Positions 23,185 through 39,124 of a DNA stretch of 64,000 bases are shown piece by piece (the stretch's first letter is position 1; each line of letters begins with the position of its first letter). The stretch is from positions 434,001 to 498,000 of the forward strand of contig SMSO01000032.1 of the NCBI GenBank assembly GCA_004764695.1, written 5' to 3'. This DNA is from Schizochytrium sp. TIO01 (lineage: Eukaryota; Protista; Bigyra: Labyrinthulomycetes). Made by a program: the position numbers and the translations under genes. Under the pieces are notes generated by a model, which did not search any database, was not told the origin of the DNA, and saw nothing but the letters and a program-made list of their open reading frames with translations.

Positions 23185-24248
23185 ATGCGGGTCACCGATG
23201 GGCTCATAGCAGACGAAGAGACGCGAGGCCCTTTTCGAAAGGACTGGGAAAGTTTTGCTGTGCCAAAATTCTTTCGCCCGTCTTCAAAGGATGACAAAGC
23301 CGATGGAGTAAGCGCTAATGCATCTCGACTTGGTGTTGACTTTATGCGGGCCTGCCAGGATCAGATAGTGCTATCTGTGGGCAACGGAGCCCAACTAATA
23401 ATCAATCAACTCCCTGCAGATGATACACAATTAGGAGCTGTTGTGTGGGATTGCGGAGTCGTACTTTGTCGTGTTTTACATTACTTGAGAGAATGCATGG
23501 GTCAGAACTGGCTTCAAAAGGCTCTGGTTGTGGAATTCGGAAGCGGCACTGGAGTTGGTGGACTTTGTGCATCCCACCTTGGTGCTGGTCGCTGCATTCT
23601 TAGTGATCAAGAGGGTCTACTAGGGTTGTTGAGAAAAAACGTTGTCTGTAACCCCAAATGTGCGTCCACCGTGAGCGTGCAAGTATATCATTGGTAAGTT
23701 TGGAGAGTCGTAGCACTGTGTTTTAAGCCTTGGAACGTTTGAGGAGCAGTATAAAATTTAATACGATCGTCTAACAACAAAACCAACAAAATTGTGCAGG
23801 GGGGCGCCGTTCCCCAACGAATTCGAGCTTAATGTAGATGAAGAATTCAGGCTTGTTCTTTGCTCAGACGTGCTTTACGCAGCTGCTGCTCATCCCCAAC
23901 TATTAAAAAGCTTGGATTTAATCCTAAATTCGAGAACACTTGTTTTACTATCCGTAAAATATCGCAATACTGAGTAAGTTTTTATATGTTTCGAGGGATT
24001 GAAGCGATCCAATGTCTATAGTCATTATGTTGTGCTTGTCAACTGTCTGTACCTAACTTTGAGCTCTTTGATGACAATTAAATTCCATTCTTAGACAGGA
24101 AATATTATTTTTAGAAGATCTTTCAAAATTGAACGTATGTGTCCACGCAATCCCCTTGGAGTGGTGCGCGGAGGCTGTGCGACACGAAGGCAACACAACC
24201 TCACTCGCAGTATTCCTACTTTCGCGGCCACATCACTCTGCTAGTTAA
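23185..24248 (+). CDS. METTL21-like (family 16) SAM-dependent protein methyltransferase; join(23185..23693,23800..23973,24095..24248)
   Basis: Motifs GAVVWD, VVEFGSGTGVGG, ILSDQ, HW|G and CSDVLY. Two GT..AG introns (GTAAGT donors, CTAAC branch points) join the track ORFs 23149..23697 and 23792..23977 to a third exon in frame. Confidence 0.85.
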
Positions 24249-24856
24249 AGAAATAAAATAAAGAACAATAAACTTAACAAGTTGAAAACGAATATTCGCA
24301 ACCCATGAGAATCATCAAATTTGTGATTTTCCGCTGTATATTACTGAACCAACATTTAAATAAAAGCCTCATCCGCAATTAAGCACTAAACCTATATAAT
24401 TGAGCTTTAGTCAATTATGACACCTTATGCTTACTCACAGACCAGATTCATTGTAAACATTTCTTCTCTTGCAACACGCTTTCAACGGCTTCTTCAAGGG
24501 TGTGCACCTCATACTGTGAATGGTACGCCTTTCATTAGGACTTTGGGTACTTTCTTTTTCCTTTTGCTTATATTTATATAACGAAAAGGAGACAGTTCCC
24601 TCTTGTACATGTTCATAACCATTATGTCTACTTGCTTGCACTTGATCTGATTTATGATTGGTGTTTTGTCCAATCAGGGGCAGAGCATCAAAGAGAGAGC
24701 AAGAGACGCGTAGAGCAGAGTATAATTGAGGCAACGCGGCTGCTGTGACAGTATCTGAGTTGCTATTACTATTGATGGTGCTGGTGCTAGTGTAGCTGCT
24801 ACCACTGCTGAAATCTATATCTTGCATTGGAGCATTTCTCTAACGAAACAGAAACA

Positions 24857-29339
<4,483 letters not shown>

Positions 29340-29511
29340 GCTTAGCAGAGAGCTCTTATTATATTGAGTATACCTAGCGCCCCTTTGGACTTTTTTTTGG
29401 TTTACACAAAGAGGTTAGTTAGTGCGGTACTTAGGAGGATCAAATGATAGTATAAACGTTAATAATTCCTTGAAAGTCTTTCATTTTTTAATCATCAAAC
29501 AAATTAGGAAA

Positions 29512-31053
29512 CTATGCACGGTTGAGGAAAAATGGGTGCGCCTTGAGCTGGGACAAAGTGATGCGATCACGAGGGTCACCTTGTAACATGCGATTCAGAA
29601 GGTCGAGAAATAATTCTGAAACGCGTAGATCTGAACTAAGGCGGCCCTTGGATATAAGGTTACGCATGACAGCTGCAATACCCTTGCGACCACGAAGCTG
29701 AAAGCGCTGACAGCCAGGACCAGGTTGCTCAAAAGGAAAGTTTCCGGTGAGTAACACAAAAAAGCAGATACCAAGAGACCATATATCACTTGCAATAGGG
29801 TCCAGAGTTGAATTAGCACCGGGTGTGTGGTGAAAAATCTCTGGGGCCATATAATTGAGCTTGCCCGTGAAACTAGAAGGGACTTGTTCCCATTGACCAG
29901 AATGCAAAGATGTAAGTTTCAGAGGCATGGCTAGCCCGAAGTCCAGTAAAAGGATATCTCCTGTTCGTGTTGACAAGCAAAAGTTCTCAAGCGATATGTC
30001 GCGATGAGCAATCCCAAGGTTTGCTAGAAATTCCACGGACGCAAGCATTTGTGCGGCAACACCTTGTACTGCGTGCTCATCAAAACCTCTACGTGTATAG
30101 CGAAAGCGATCACGGACAGCATCCAAGAGGCTTGCATCTGCAAAAGGCATAACAGCAAAACAATGAGTCGGTGTGTCGTAATACCTGTATAAAGGGAGGA
30201 TGTTCCGGTGCCCAAACTTGCTTACTAAGCTGTGGATAATAAATTCTCGTGAATAGCGCAATGGGTCGATCTCAAGATTCTCGGGGCTTTTACCGAGCAC
30301 CTTAATTACTACGGTTTCGCTGTTGCTTGGTCCTCCTGCAGCGCGTTGCGGTCCTGAAGCAGTAGACACCGTCCGAGGTTCCCTGTCGTCCTCTACGTGA
30401 GCAATTACACGGTCGAAAATGAAGAACTCTTGTGACTCAGTATCGAAAAGAAGCTCACATTCAGCGCCGTCCCGGAATTGATTCACAATTTCTGCACCCC
30501 GAGAAGGAAGCGACGATGCAAAGGCTCTATAAAGGCTTACGGAGTGTTGGCCAGATGCAGCTCCAAGGTGGAAATCAGCTATAGCACCCCAGGCAGTAAG
30601 TTTGGCGAATTCCCTTCGAGCTTCTTCCAGTTGAACACGAGCATGACGCTTTGCTGCGGCATCCTTCTCTTTATGAAACTTTGTCAGTAGGCTGGTCATT
30701 TGCTTGCGCACATATTCCTCACGAAGAGCAGCGTCACGGCGTGACTCTACAGTTGGTGGGCTATTCCACGGATGCACACGCTCTGGCGTTTTCTCGTTGT
30801 TGATATTGTTTGGCTTATTCACCGTTGCCACAGCATCGGATGTTTGAGACGAACGGTCCTTGCTTTGGTCTAGTTCTGGTGAGGAAGGGGATGGGCCACA
30901 CACACCATTGCTTTCATCCATCATAGCATCAGAAGGGCTCGGTGATGATGGGGAGCTGCGTTGTATGTGTTGTGAGTTTTGTGCGTCCATAGGTGACACT
31001 GATACAGAGTTAGCACTCTCTTTGGCGTCATTCTTGGATGATGACGAAGCCAT
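29512..31053 (-). CDS. Ser/Thr protein kinase (CAMK-like, atypical N-lobe)
   Basis: VVIK, REF, HRDISLEN, DFG, YMAPE, DIWSLG. Confidence 0.92.
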   Translation of the reverse strand: MASSSSKNDAKESANSVSVSPMDAQNSQHIQRSSPSSPSPSDAMMDESNGVCGPSPSSPELDQSKDRSSQTSDAVATVNKPNNINNEKTPERVHPWNSPPTVESRRDAALREEYVRKQMTSLLTKFHKEKDAAAKRHARVQLEEARREFAKLTAWGAIADFHLGAASGQHSVSLYRAFASSLPSRGAEIVNQFRDGAECELLFDTESQEFFIFDRVIAHVEDDREPRTVSTASGPQRAAGGPSNSETVVIKVLGKSPENLEIDPLRYSREFIIHSLVSKFGHRNILPLYRYYDTPTHCFAVMPFADASLLDAVRDRFRYTRRGFDEHAVQGVAAQMLASVEFLANLGIAHRDISLENFCLSTRTGDILLLDFGLAMPLKLTSLHSGQWEQVPSSFTGKLNYMAPEIFHHTPGANSTLDPIASDIWSLGICFFVLLTGNFPFEQPGPGCQRFQLRGRKGIAAVMRNLISKGRLSSDLRVSELFLDLLNRMLQGDPRDRITLSQLKAHPFFLNRA

Positions 31054-33426
31054 GGTTTCAAATATTGTTCTTGTAATGAATGTCCCGAAGTCTCTAGCTA
31101 GATGTAACGAGTTTTCTGGACAAGTTTAATGTGTTGAATTCAACGTTTTGGGTTAGGAGCTCGCTCTTTCAAATTCCCTCAGAGATATATTCAAAAAAAA
31201 AATGCGAGTCCAATGGTAAGTAGGTTCAACAGCCACACCTAAGTAAGCAGTCCTTCTCTCGAGGCGTTCGAGATAATGGGAGTTCGTGTCACTGATGAGG
31301 GATGTTTCCTAAATAGGTGGCTGGATGTACGTATGTATGCGTGATTTATTTGAGTAATGTGCTGTACTGTACAGCGAGCAATAAAGGCAAGGCTCTTTTG
31401 CTTCGTTTTCCACTAATCAGCGAGCTAGATCTAATGAGAGCAAGACAATTCGGACAGTTGCTTTCCAATATGTGACGGTTCTCCTGACGGTAAGCTACAA
31501 TTGTAAGTACGCTCACTGAAGGATAAACAATCAGAGCCTCACAAACTCAAAGTGAGAAAAGTATCACCTGGTGTCCACTGTTTCTGCAAGATGTCCTCAA
31601 AGTTGCAGGTTGAAAAAAGTGCGGTTGTATAATACACTAGTACGGCTAAAGTTGCAGGGCGTGAGGTGTCAAGGGGCTAGGTAGGGAACAAGCTAAGTAG
31701 TTGTCTTGTAGGTCTTCTGGAAGCTAGTGCTTAAAGCAGCACGTCGGCAGGCTTAATTAGGTTTTCGGGGGCGGGCTTGGTTCTGACTGTCTTTCTTCGG
31801 GCTCTGGTGCTTTCTATGTTCTCAGATTTGTTCGTGCGATGTCTACGATGTATGGTTTCTTTTTTTTCTTCCGGTATTGCGATCACATAGTGGCTTTATA
31901 ACAATGATAATTCTATTGTATGTGGTTGAATGTTGACGCGTGTATCTGTGTCTGATTTCACTGTTGCCCGCAGGAACTGGGACAGGACATCTTGCTCAAA
32001 CAATTTCAATCAAACTACTGTATCCTTGTCAAAGTTCCAGAATGCCAGGGCCCAAGTCCCTCGAGAAGTGTAAGGGTATCCAGCTGTACAGATCAATGAA
32101 GAAATGTATTGATTTATAGCACAACAGTCAGGTTTCGTGCTAATTCAATCGAAAGAGACCTTTTCCTTTATAAGCCTGATGTTTACTGATAATGATTTGC
32201 TGGTTCCTCTTTTTCCAAACGTTGAGGCAGTGTATAGTCCTGTTATGAAGTTGTGAGAAGAATTTGAAGTATCAAATGTTCTCGAAGAAATCTGCAAATG
32301 GAAAGCCTATTCAAGTACCAACTCAAAGTTCTGTCTGTAGCTAGTTCTCAGGTATGGGAAATGGCTTCAGGTTTAATGCTGCACGCGATCTCTTTGCCAG
32401 GGTGCAAGGAAAGACGAAATGTCTAGCAAGATAATCGAGGTATGCCTTTATAAGAATTGACAAAATGCCGCACTGTAAGCTCACAACTATTCTGCTGCGG
32501 TCGTTGCTCAAATTCACTACGGTCCCAACTTTTCTGAAGAGAACGAGCCAGTGATAGTTAGAGCCAAAGTAAAGTAAGTGAACCAGGAATAACTACTGTA
32601 CGTGCTTGCTTCAATGACAGCAGAACGAACAATCGCGATCACTCGGATTGATTTCTTGTTTGTCAGGTTGCAAGCTCGAGCCAAGTTATAATTGCTCACA
32701 ATTCGCCAGCTGTAGTTTTAACTGAGCTGAACTTCAATTGAACCAAGTTAAGTTTATCTAGATTTCTGCAGATAAAATCTCTGTCACTCTGGCTTCTTCT
32801 CAACCTAGCGTGCTTCTTTCGTATCTATCTGACTGATTGCTTCAACGAGTTGGATACACTCCGACTCTTACTGCTTTTCCTACCAGGTGCTACTCCAGAC
32901 TACACGCTTTAAGTGAGTGGCTGCTTCGTGTTCCAAGCCTTGATGGATCTCGCACGGGTTAACCTTGACTTTGCGCCGCCGTAACGGATGCGGAACCAAG
33001 AGGTACTGCTGGGAATAAAGCCTGCCTCGCTCCACAGGTCTGCGCTCTGCTGCTCTTCCGTGGCGGTTCTGAGCCCAATCGATCTAGGATTGACTCTTGT
33101 TTCTTCTTTGTCTCCTCTCTCTTTTCTCAATATGACCTCTCTTTCGCCATCCTTCATCGAATAATAAATAACACATAATAATACATAATAATACACATAA
33201 TCCATAGCGAGATATCGCTTTCTCTCTCTTTCTCTTGCGGTACCTGCCTAGTCCATACATAAGGGTATCCATAGGAGTCCCACCAGTAAAAAAACTCAAG
33301 AGGAAAAAGTCCATCCACCCTGCTAGCGCTTACTCGTAAGGCATCCTAGTCCAAAGCACCGAGGAAACGACTTCTTCCTTCTCTTTTTATCACAGCTTTG
33401 GAGGAAACAGCATAAACTTTCGAGAC

Positions 33427-33487
33427 AACAACAAAACAAAACAAAACAAAACGAAACAAAACAAACAAAACAAACAAAACAAAACAA
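33427..33487. repeat. Imperfect (CAAAA)n microsatellite
   Basis: Visible in the sequence. Confidence 0.85.
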
Positions 33488-34369
33488 GATAATCGCTTCA
33501 TTGACAAGCGTAGAGTAGAAAAATAGTTCCGTCATCACAGCAGTGGCGGCTGTACCAACAACAGGCAATTAATTGCAAAGGTTATCTTATAAATAAACAT
33601 TTTTAATTTAGTTTTTTCCCCTCTAAAACTGAGGGCTCATGTGAGATGAATCAGCCGCGACGACGAACTCGAGCGACGTTCCTGGCCTTTGCGTGGTTGC
33701 CAGAAATACCTATCAGACCGCTGACAAATAGAGTCAGAGCTCGTCGAGCTGGAGGCCTCGAGCGAGCAACGCTACAAAACCCACCCCATTCGCAAGTCTC
33801 CTCCTCGTACTACCACGGTACTATCTGTTGATTGATTGACTTTTTCTTCTCCATTCATGCTGCTGCGGGCCACGCGGTTCGCCGTCGATCCCTCTGTTTG
33901 GTCCAGGATATCCTGGCATATGGCGCTCCAGCGGAACCGGGAGAACGGGTGCGGAACCCCCGGCGCTGTTCCGGCAACGAAGGCGGAGGAGCACCATCTC
34001 GAGAACGGGAACTCTGCATTGCACTGCGCGAGCGCTTTCGGAGCCTTGGGGCGGTCCACTTGGATCTCGAGAATAACCGGCTTAGTTGAAGTTTGTTTGC
34101 AGCGAAGATTTGCAAAGGAGCGGCTGCTGCAGGCGGCGACTTCACGCGATAAATCACTTCGAGGCACGCCAGCCACACAGTTTTCTTGCACTCGTATGAA
34201 TGGGACTAGGTACCTGGCTAGAGGTGCTTGGAAAGCTTGCTTACCTTGGTTTCTTTAGGTTTAGGCGTCGAGTTGTCTCATCAACGATGATTGATTCATC
34301 TTGAGGTGATGGCTGGGAGGATGGTTGGTTGGCTGGCTGGCTGGCTGTTGGGGCCTGGGACGTGGTGCT

Positions 34370-35950
34370 CCAGGATGGAGTGATAGACATAATCGACGAT
34401 CGTTTCTTCGGTCTGACGCACGCAGCAACATGGAATCAGCTATCGATTTCTACAAGGGCTTACTTATTATACACAGGCTTACGCAATCTCTCGTATTGCT
34501 GCTGTAGAAGGTAGGCAGGTACCCGTGCGATGAGGTGGAATGATCGACTTCAGAGACAGCATTCCGGTAGGTGGATCTTTATGGGAAAGCTCTACCAAAA
34601 TCATCGACTCTCGTGCAATGAATGGGTCAATAAGTTGTTGATCTATTGATGTATGATCAATGATCGTGGTATTACCTTCTTTGAGGTTAACCATAAATTT
34701 GTAGGTACCTCAGAGCTCAACTTGGAATCTTTAACTGTTGCGAGTTCCTCGAACTTCGATTCCTTGGAGCTCGCCATTCCTACGAGAGGACTGCGCGTCG
34801 AGGTGTTAACATCGAAGATCTTCACTTCAGGTAGCCAGCGTGGCAATGGGTTGTGACTTGAATGAACTTGAGAGACAACAGTCTAAGACATGGTGAACGC
34901 CAACCCAGGTCTGAAAAGAGCCCGAGCCAATGCGGTGGCACAGCAAGATTGGCATGAACTTGAAGCACGTCGTCATCGCTGCTTCTTGATTGCTTCATGG
35001 CACTATGTCTATCAAGTAGGTATTTGGGTATGTGCCACCTATAGTTTTAATAATCGCTGACCAGATGAACCATATTTAGACCGTTTGAGCGAGCAAAGAG
35101 TTGATCACGAACATCTGCCAATGCGACCCACCAACTTGCAGTTGTCTTCTCCAGAGCGTCTCTAGAGTGCTGTTTCAGAACGGCTCAGGGTTGGGGCCTC
35201 GCCATAAGAAAAACTGCTTGGACTGAGGTAGGATATAGTAACGAGCTTCGAGGAAATATTTCGAGTTCTTCGAGATTCCAAGAATGCGCCGCATCATCAC
35301 TATCACCGCATTCTCTGCAATCGTCCTATCACGAATAAACCATCCTGGAACTATGGTTCATCTTATTACGATGGACCTACGTAGTAACACTATACCTAAA
35401 ATATACTATGTGACATCGTACCAACTTGGGTTCTTCGTGAAGCTTCAAAAAACTAGCTTCAGGTTGCTCGAGGAGAATTCAGAGAGATCCCGTGCTCACG
35501 AACTGCGTTGTTCACAGCAAGTAACTCATACACCACCTTGAAGTCCTCCACAATCTGTTCGCCTTTTCTTTACAATTGCCACACGCTGCGGCCTCTCCGC
35601 TCCATCTGTCCGAGGTGTGCCAAGGTGGCGAGCAGTTCCTTTGCGGTCCTCAGTCATAAATTTGCAATCACCACCTTTAATTCATCAAAAGTGGTCCAGA
35701 TTCCAGATGACGCATAAATTTCCACGGTTGTCGATCATGCCATCGAATGCTTCAACTTCTCTTCAATTCCACCTGGTTCTTCGTTCAGGCAGCTGGCCAT
35801 AGCTCGGCAGCTCAAGTTCGTAGGCAATCGATCAATCACACCATATCTGTCTAAGCGGTCTGTTCCGCGATCGTGGCGGAGAGGATTTGTGGCCTCCAAA
35901 TGTAACAACTCCTCGTGAGACTTTGGCGCTCTGCTCACGTAAGCCACCAT
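34370..35950 (-). mobile_element. Highly decayed Ty3/gypsy-like LTR retrotransposon fragment (gag - protease - start of RT)
   Basis: Minus-strand fragments in the expected order, broken by stops and indels: gag-like WTTFDELKVVIANL...LATLAHLGQ..GRSV (~35580-35700), protease-end-like LLSLKFIQ/HNPLPRW (~34835-34885), RT-start-like PPT..EVDHS...QQYERLRK...CVRPKK/RRLCL (~34380-34580). No LTRs were identified and the boundaries are approximate. Confidence 0.45.
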
Positions 35951-37582
35951 GCTGAGGTGTGGCGATGAACTCCTACATGTAACCCATAGTTATCTGCTAG
36001 CGTTGAAAAAGTGCTGGGTCCGAACCTGAATTCTCACGACCACCTACTGCCCTACTAATACTGGTTCATCTCCGCTATTTCGTTATACTCAACTTCGAGG
36101 CTGCTGGCCTCGAACGGCGCTGCGAACAGACCGCACCATTGTGGGAAGACACATTGGCGGTAGCTTTTCAACTTGCGTGAGGCGGAAAACCGATTTTTAT
36201 AGTTAGATGGTTGAAGTATGGATGGATGGATGGCTTCTCAAAGACCAAATCATGAAATTTGGGCATTCTCAGGATAACATTTGTACAGGTTCTACCACGC
36301 CAAGTGAGAATAGAGAATAGGTCAGCGTATTCTGCGATGACCGTGGCAGCTACAATACGAAGGTAAACTATCACGATGATAATGATACCGCCGCCAGGTA
36401 GACTTCATTGCCGCCGTACTGCTAACGATAAGCTCTTGGGACTCGTGGCGTTTCAAGCTGGTCAGGAAAGCTGAACTCATATGCTTCTGCTGCCGTGTTT
36501 GCTGCAACGCAACAATTGCCCATAATTTCAAATATAAGGAACGAATAATTGGCCAACGTTCCATTAATGCGGTAAGTGATGGTGGCATTGCTTCCAGATG
36601 AGATTCACAATCATTTACTGCCGAAAGGCGTGAGGAGTTCCTATTTTTATTTTATTTTTTAAGCTCAGGCCTATCTGCCGAAAGGATCGTGCCAGGAATG
36701 GTGCTTCTCGTGAGGGCGTAAGGGGGTGTGCGAAATGAAGTCGTATTAGAAGGTCGATGCTCGAGCTAGCCATAGGTTAACTAGGTACTAAGTACATTAC
36801 CAACCAGTATCAATATCAGTTAGTTTGTTTACATACCATGATCATGCATTGAAAGAAGTCTACATTATTTAATGCTGAAGGCTTGGTTGGAAAATCCACA
36901 AGCAGGAAACAAAGCACTTAGCCGCGGTCTCTTGTACCAGGAGACTTGCGTGAAGGCAATTCGAAAACTCTCGAGTAATTCCTACATATCTGCTCTCTCA
37001 TGGCTGAAGTTATTTCATATTAATAAACTTATGGTATATCTCTGAAAGTCTTGTATCTGCGTTACCATATTTAACAACCTTTGCCAGGCTCATCAGCGAG
37101 CTAAGCTGAGTACAGAAACTGACTTTGGGCAGTTAAAGTGGATGTAGGAAAAACATGTTAATACAATGACACGGGGCAGTCACAGTGAATTGCAATCTAT
37201 AAAGTCAACATAGATTTGGAAAGGTGGCTCTGCTCTGCTGCTCTGCCAGGTCAAAGATAACTTGTCATTCAGAAGCGATGACTTTAACCTGTATCTTAGA
37301 CTCGGAAATGCGATATTGCCCATTGAAAATCAAACCAGCTAATGTTTTGGGGTTACTTTTGAATGACAACGCCGTTTCTATAAAATCAGAATTGACTGCG
37401 CCGTTCAAAACTGAGTATTTGAAAGCTCAAGGTCCTTTTACTCCTAACGTTCCTAGATTATGTGAAATTCGTTACAACAATCACATATTCCTGAAATATG
37501 ATATGATGACCTCAGATTCTGTACCTAGTTCATGTTTGTAGGAAATTTACAAAAGAGTTTGAACGTCAGAAAAAGAAAGAAC

Positions 37583-37911
37583 ATATGACGCTTCACTCTT
37601 GATTGAAAGACATCTAGGATGGAGTCCCCTCCCGCTCCAGGTAAAATTCTTTCAACTCCTACACAAATCTTGACATCACATGTGCTCATTGGTAATTCGG
37701 GCCTTTTCTAGGGCAATGCGCTTCTGTCGTTGGAATTGAGTTAATCAAAAAATATGACGCTTGTTTCACTCTTGATGAAAAGACATCTAAGGTAGAGCTC
37801 CTTCCCGCATCAAATAAGGCTCTTTTGACTCCTACACAGACATTGTCAATATATGTGTTCATCGAAGATTCGAACGTCTTCTGGGGTAACGAGCCTTCTC
37901 CATTTGAATGG
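37583..37911 (+). repeat. Two diverged tandem copies of a ~169 bp unit; probable pseudogene remnant
   Basis: Copy 1 (from 37583, ATATGACGCTTCACTCTTGATTGAAAGACATCTAGG...ACTCCTACACA...) aligns end to end with copy 2 (from 37752, ATATGACGCTTGTTTCACTCTTGATGAAAAGACATCTAAGG...ACTCCTACACA...). Confidence 0.85.
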
Positions 37912-39124
37912 AGGCACCGATTCCTCGCTTTTAGTAGTTCACTCTTGTTCGAGACCTTTTTTATTTTTTTTTAGCACTTTCAAAAATAGTACCCCATTTC
38001 GTGTTCATTTCAAAGTCAAAAGCCAGGCACGTATCCGGGGTCCCCGGTTCGCTCAGACACCTACACGCGTGCCTGGAGAGGGGAGGGATCCCCGTGTTCT
38101 CCTTTCTACGCCTCGGCGCTTGTCACGTGTCTGTGAATAGCTTCTGACCTTTTAAGACCCTTCCCGTTCTCCAATCTTCGTCAGGTTTCATCCGCTTTCC
38201 ATCCTTTGCTCTGTCTGCTCTTGATTACCGTCTTCTTGCTGCACACCCAATACTTTGGGAACACACCAGTGCATCTTGGTAGAGAACTCTATTTTCAACA
38301 CTCACGCGTGGGCGAAGGCCTTCAATTCGTGTGAAGACCTGAATCTCGAGGGCGCCCGCTCAGCAAAGAGAATAGATATTCTTGGCGTCCTCACTGTGTT
38401 CCGCGATAGGAGTTATATACTGCACACTAGAAACTCTCAGCTTGCCACCATCTCGACTACGTGATCCTCGAGGCGTTTAGAAGCAATACTTCGCCAATAG
38501 CGTCTCAGTGGGAAATATTCCGTAGAAGACGTCCCGTGCAAAAGTTTTACAAAGCGAAAATTTTATTTGTCGCTTTGTAGACTCTTATAACCAGTCACAA
38601 GAGATCAAACTTACCGGTCTACTTTAGCAGATCTTGGACGGAATCTATACAGAACCGTTCTCGTGGCTGTCGATCTTCGCGTGGAAACGCTTCCAGGTTC
38701 GTAGAACTTTGTGGAATAGTATAATAGGTGTGGACACCAAGGTGTGCTTGGTTTCTGGAGGCTTCAGTGCAGTGGGCAGCATAATCGGGAGAGCAGTTAC
38801 TAATTAGGTCAAGGTTTTAGACACATTGCATCTGGGCACGATAGTGCAGTGCGATCGGAGTCAGTTTGGAGATTACTATAGGTTTAGGAACCTAGTCAAA
38901 ACAGGAAACAATCACGTGGACTAAAACGTGGTAGGCTTGGCGTGGCTCGTGTTAAACGTGGTTGTGGAGTTAGCAAGACAGCAATAGCAGAGGTAGGAAA
39001 CATTTACAAGAGCAAAAAAGAGAAACTTCATACCATTGTTTGTTGCTCTTTTCTTCAATTGTGGGCACCTTGGGCAATTTAGAGTTCCAGGCACACAACG
39101 TAGACGTAGGGAGTGAAGTTGAAA

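Noticed and set aside
31292-31320. CTGATGA followed by a short stem, resembling a hammerhead ribozyme core
   Set aside because: The required GAAA after stem II is absent (TAAAT) and no stems I/III were found.
32480-32725. Plus-frame stretch that looks protein-like with several TAA/TAG stops (possible stop reassignment or pseudogene)
   Set aside because: Genes in the window terminate normally at TAA, TAG and TGA, so the code is standard, and no family is recognisable.
33836-34258. GC-rich patch with overlapping ORFs, one containing ankyrin-like NGNSALHCASAFG
   Set aside because: Single motif with no second helix or neighbouring repeat. The patch looks more like a GC-rich promoter or first exon.
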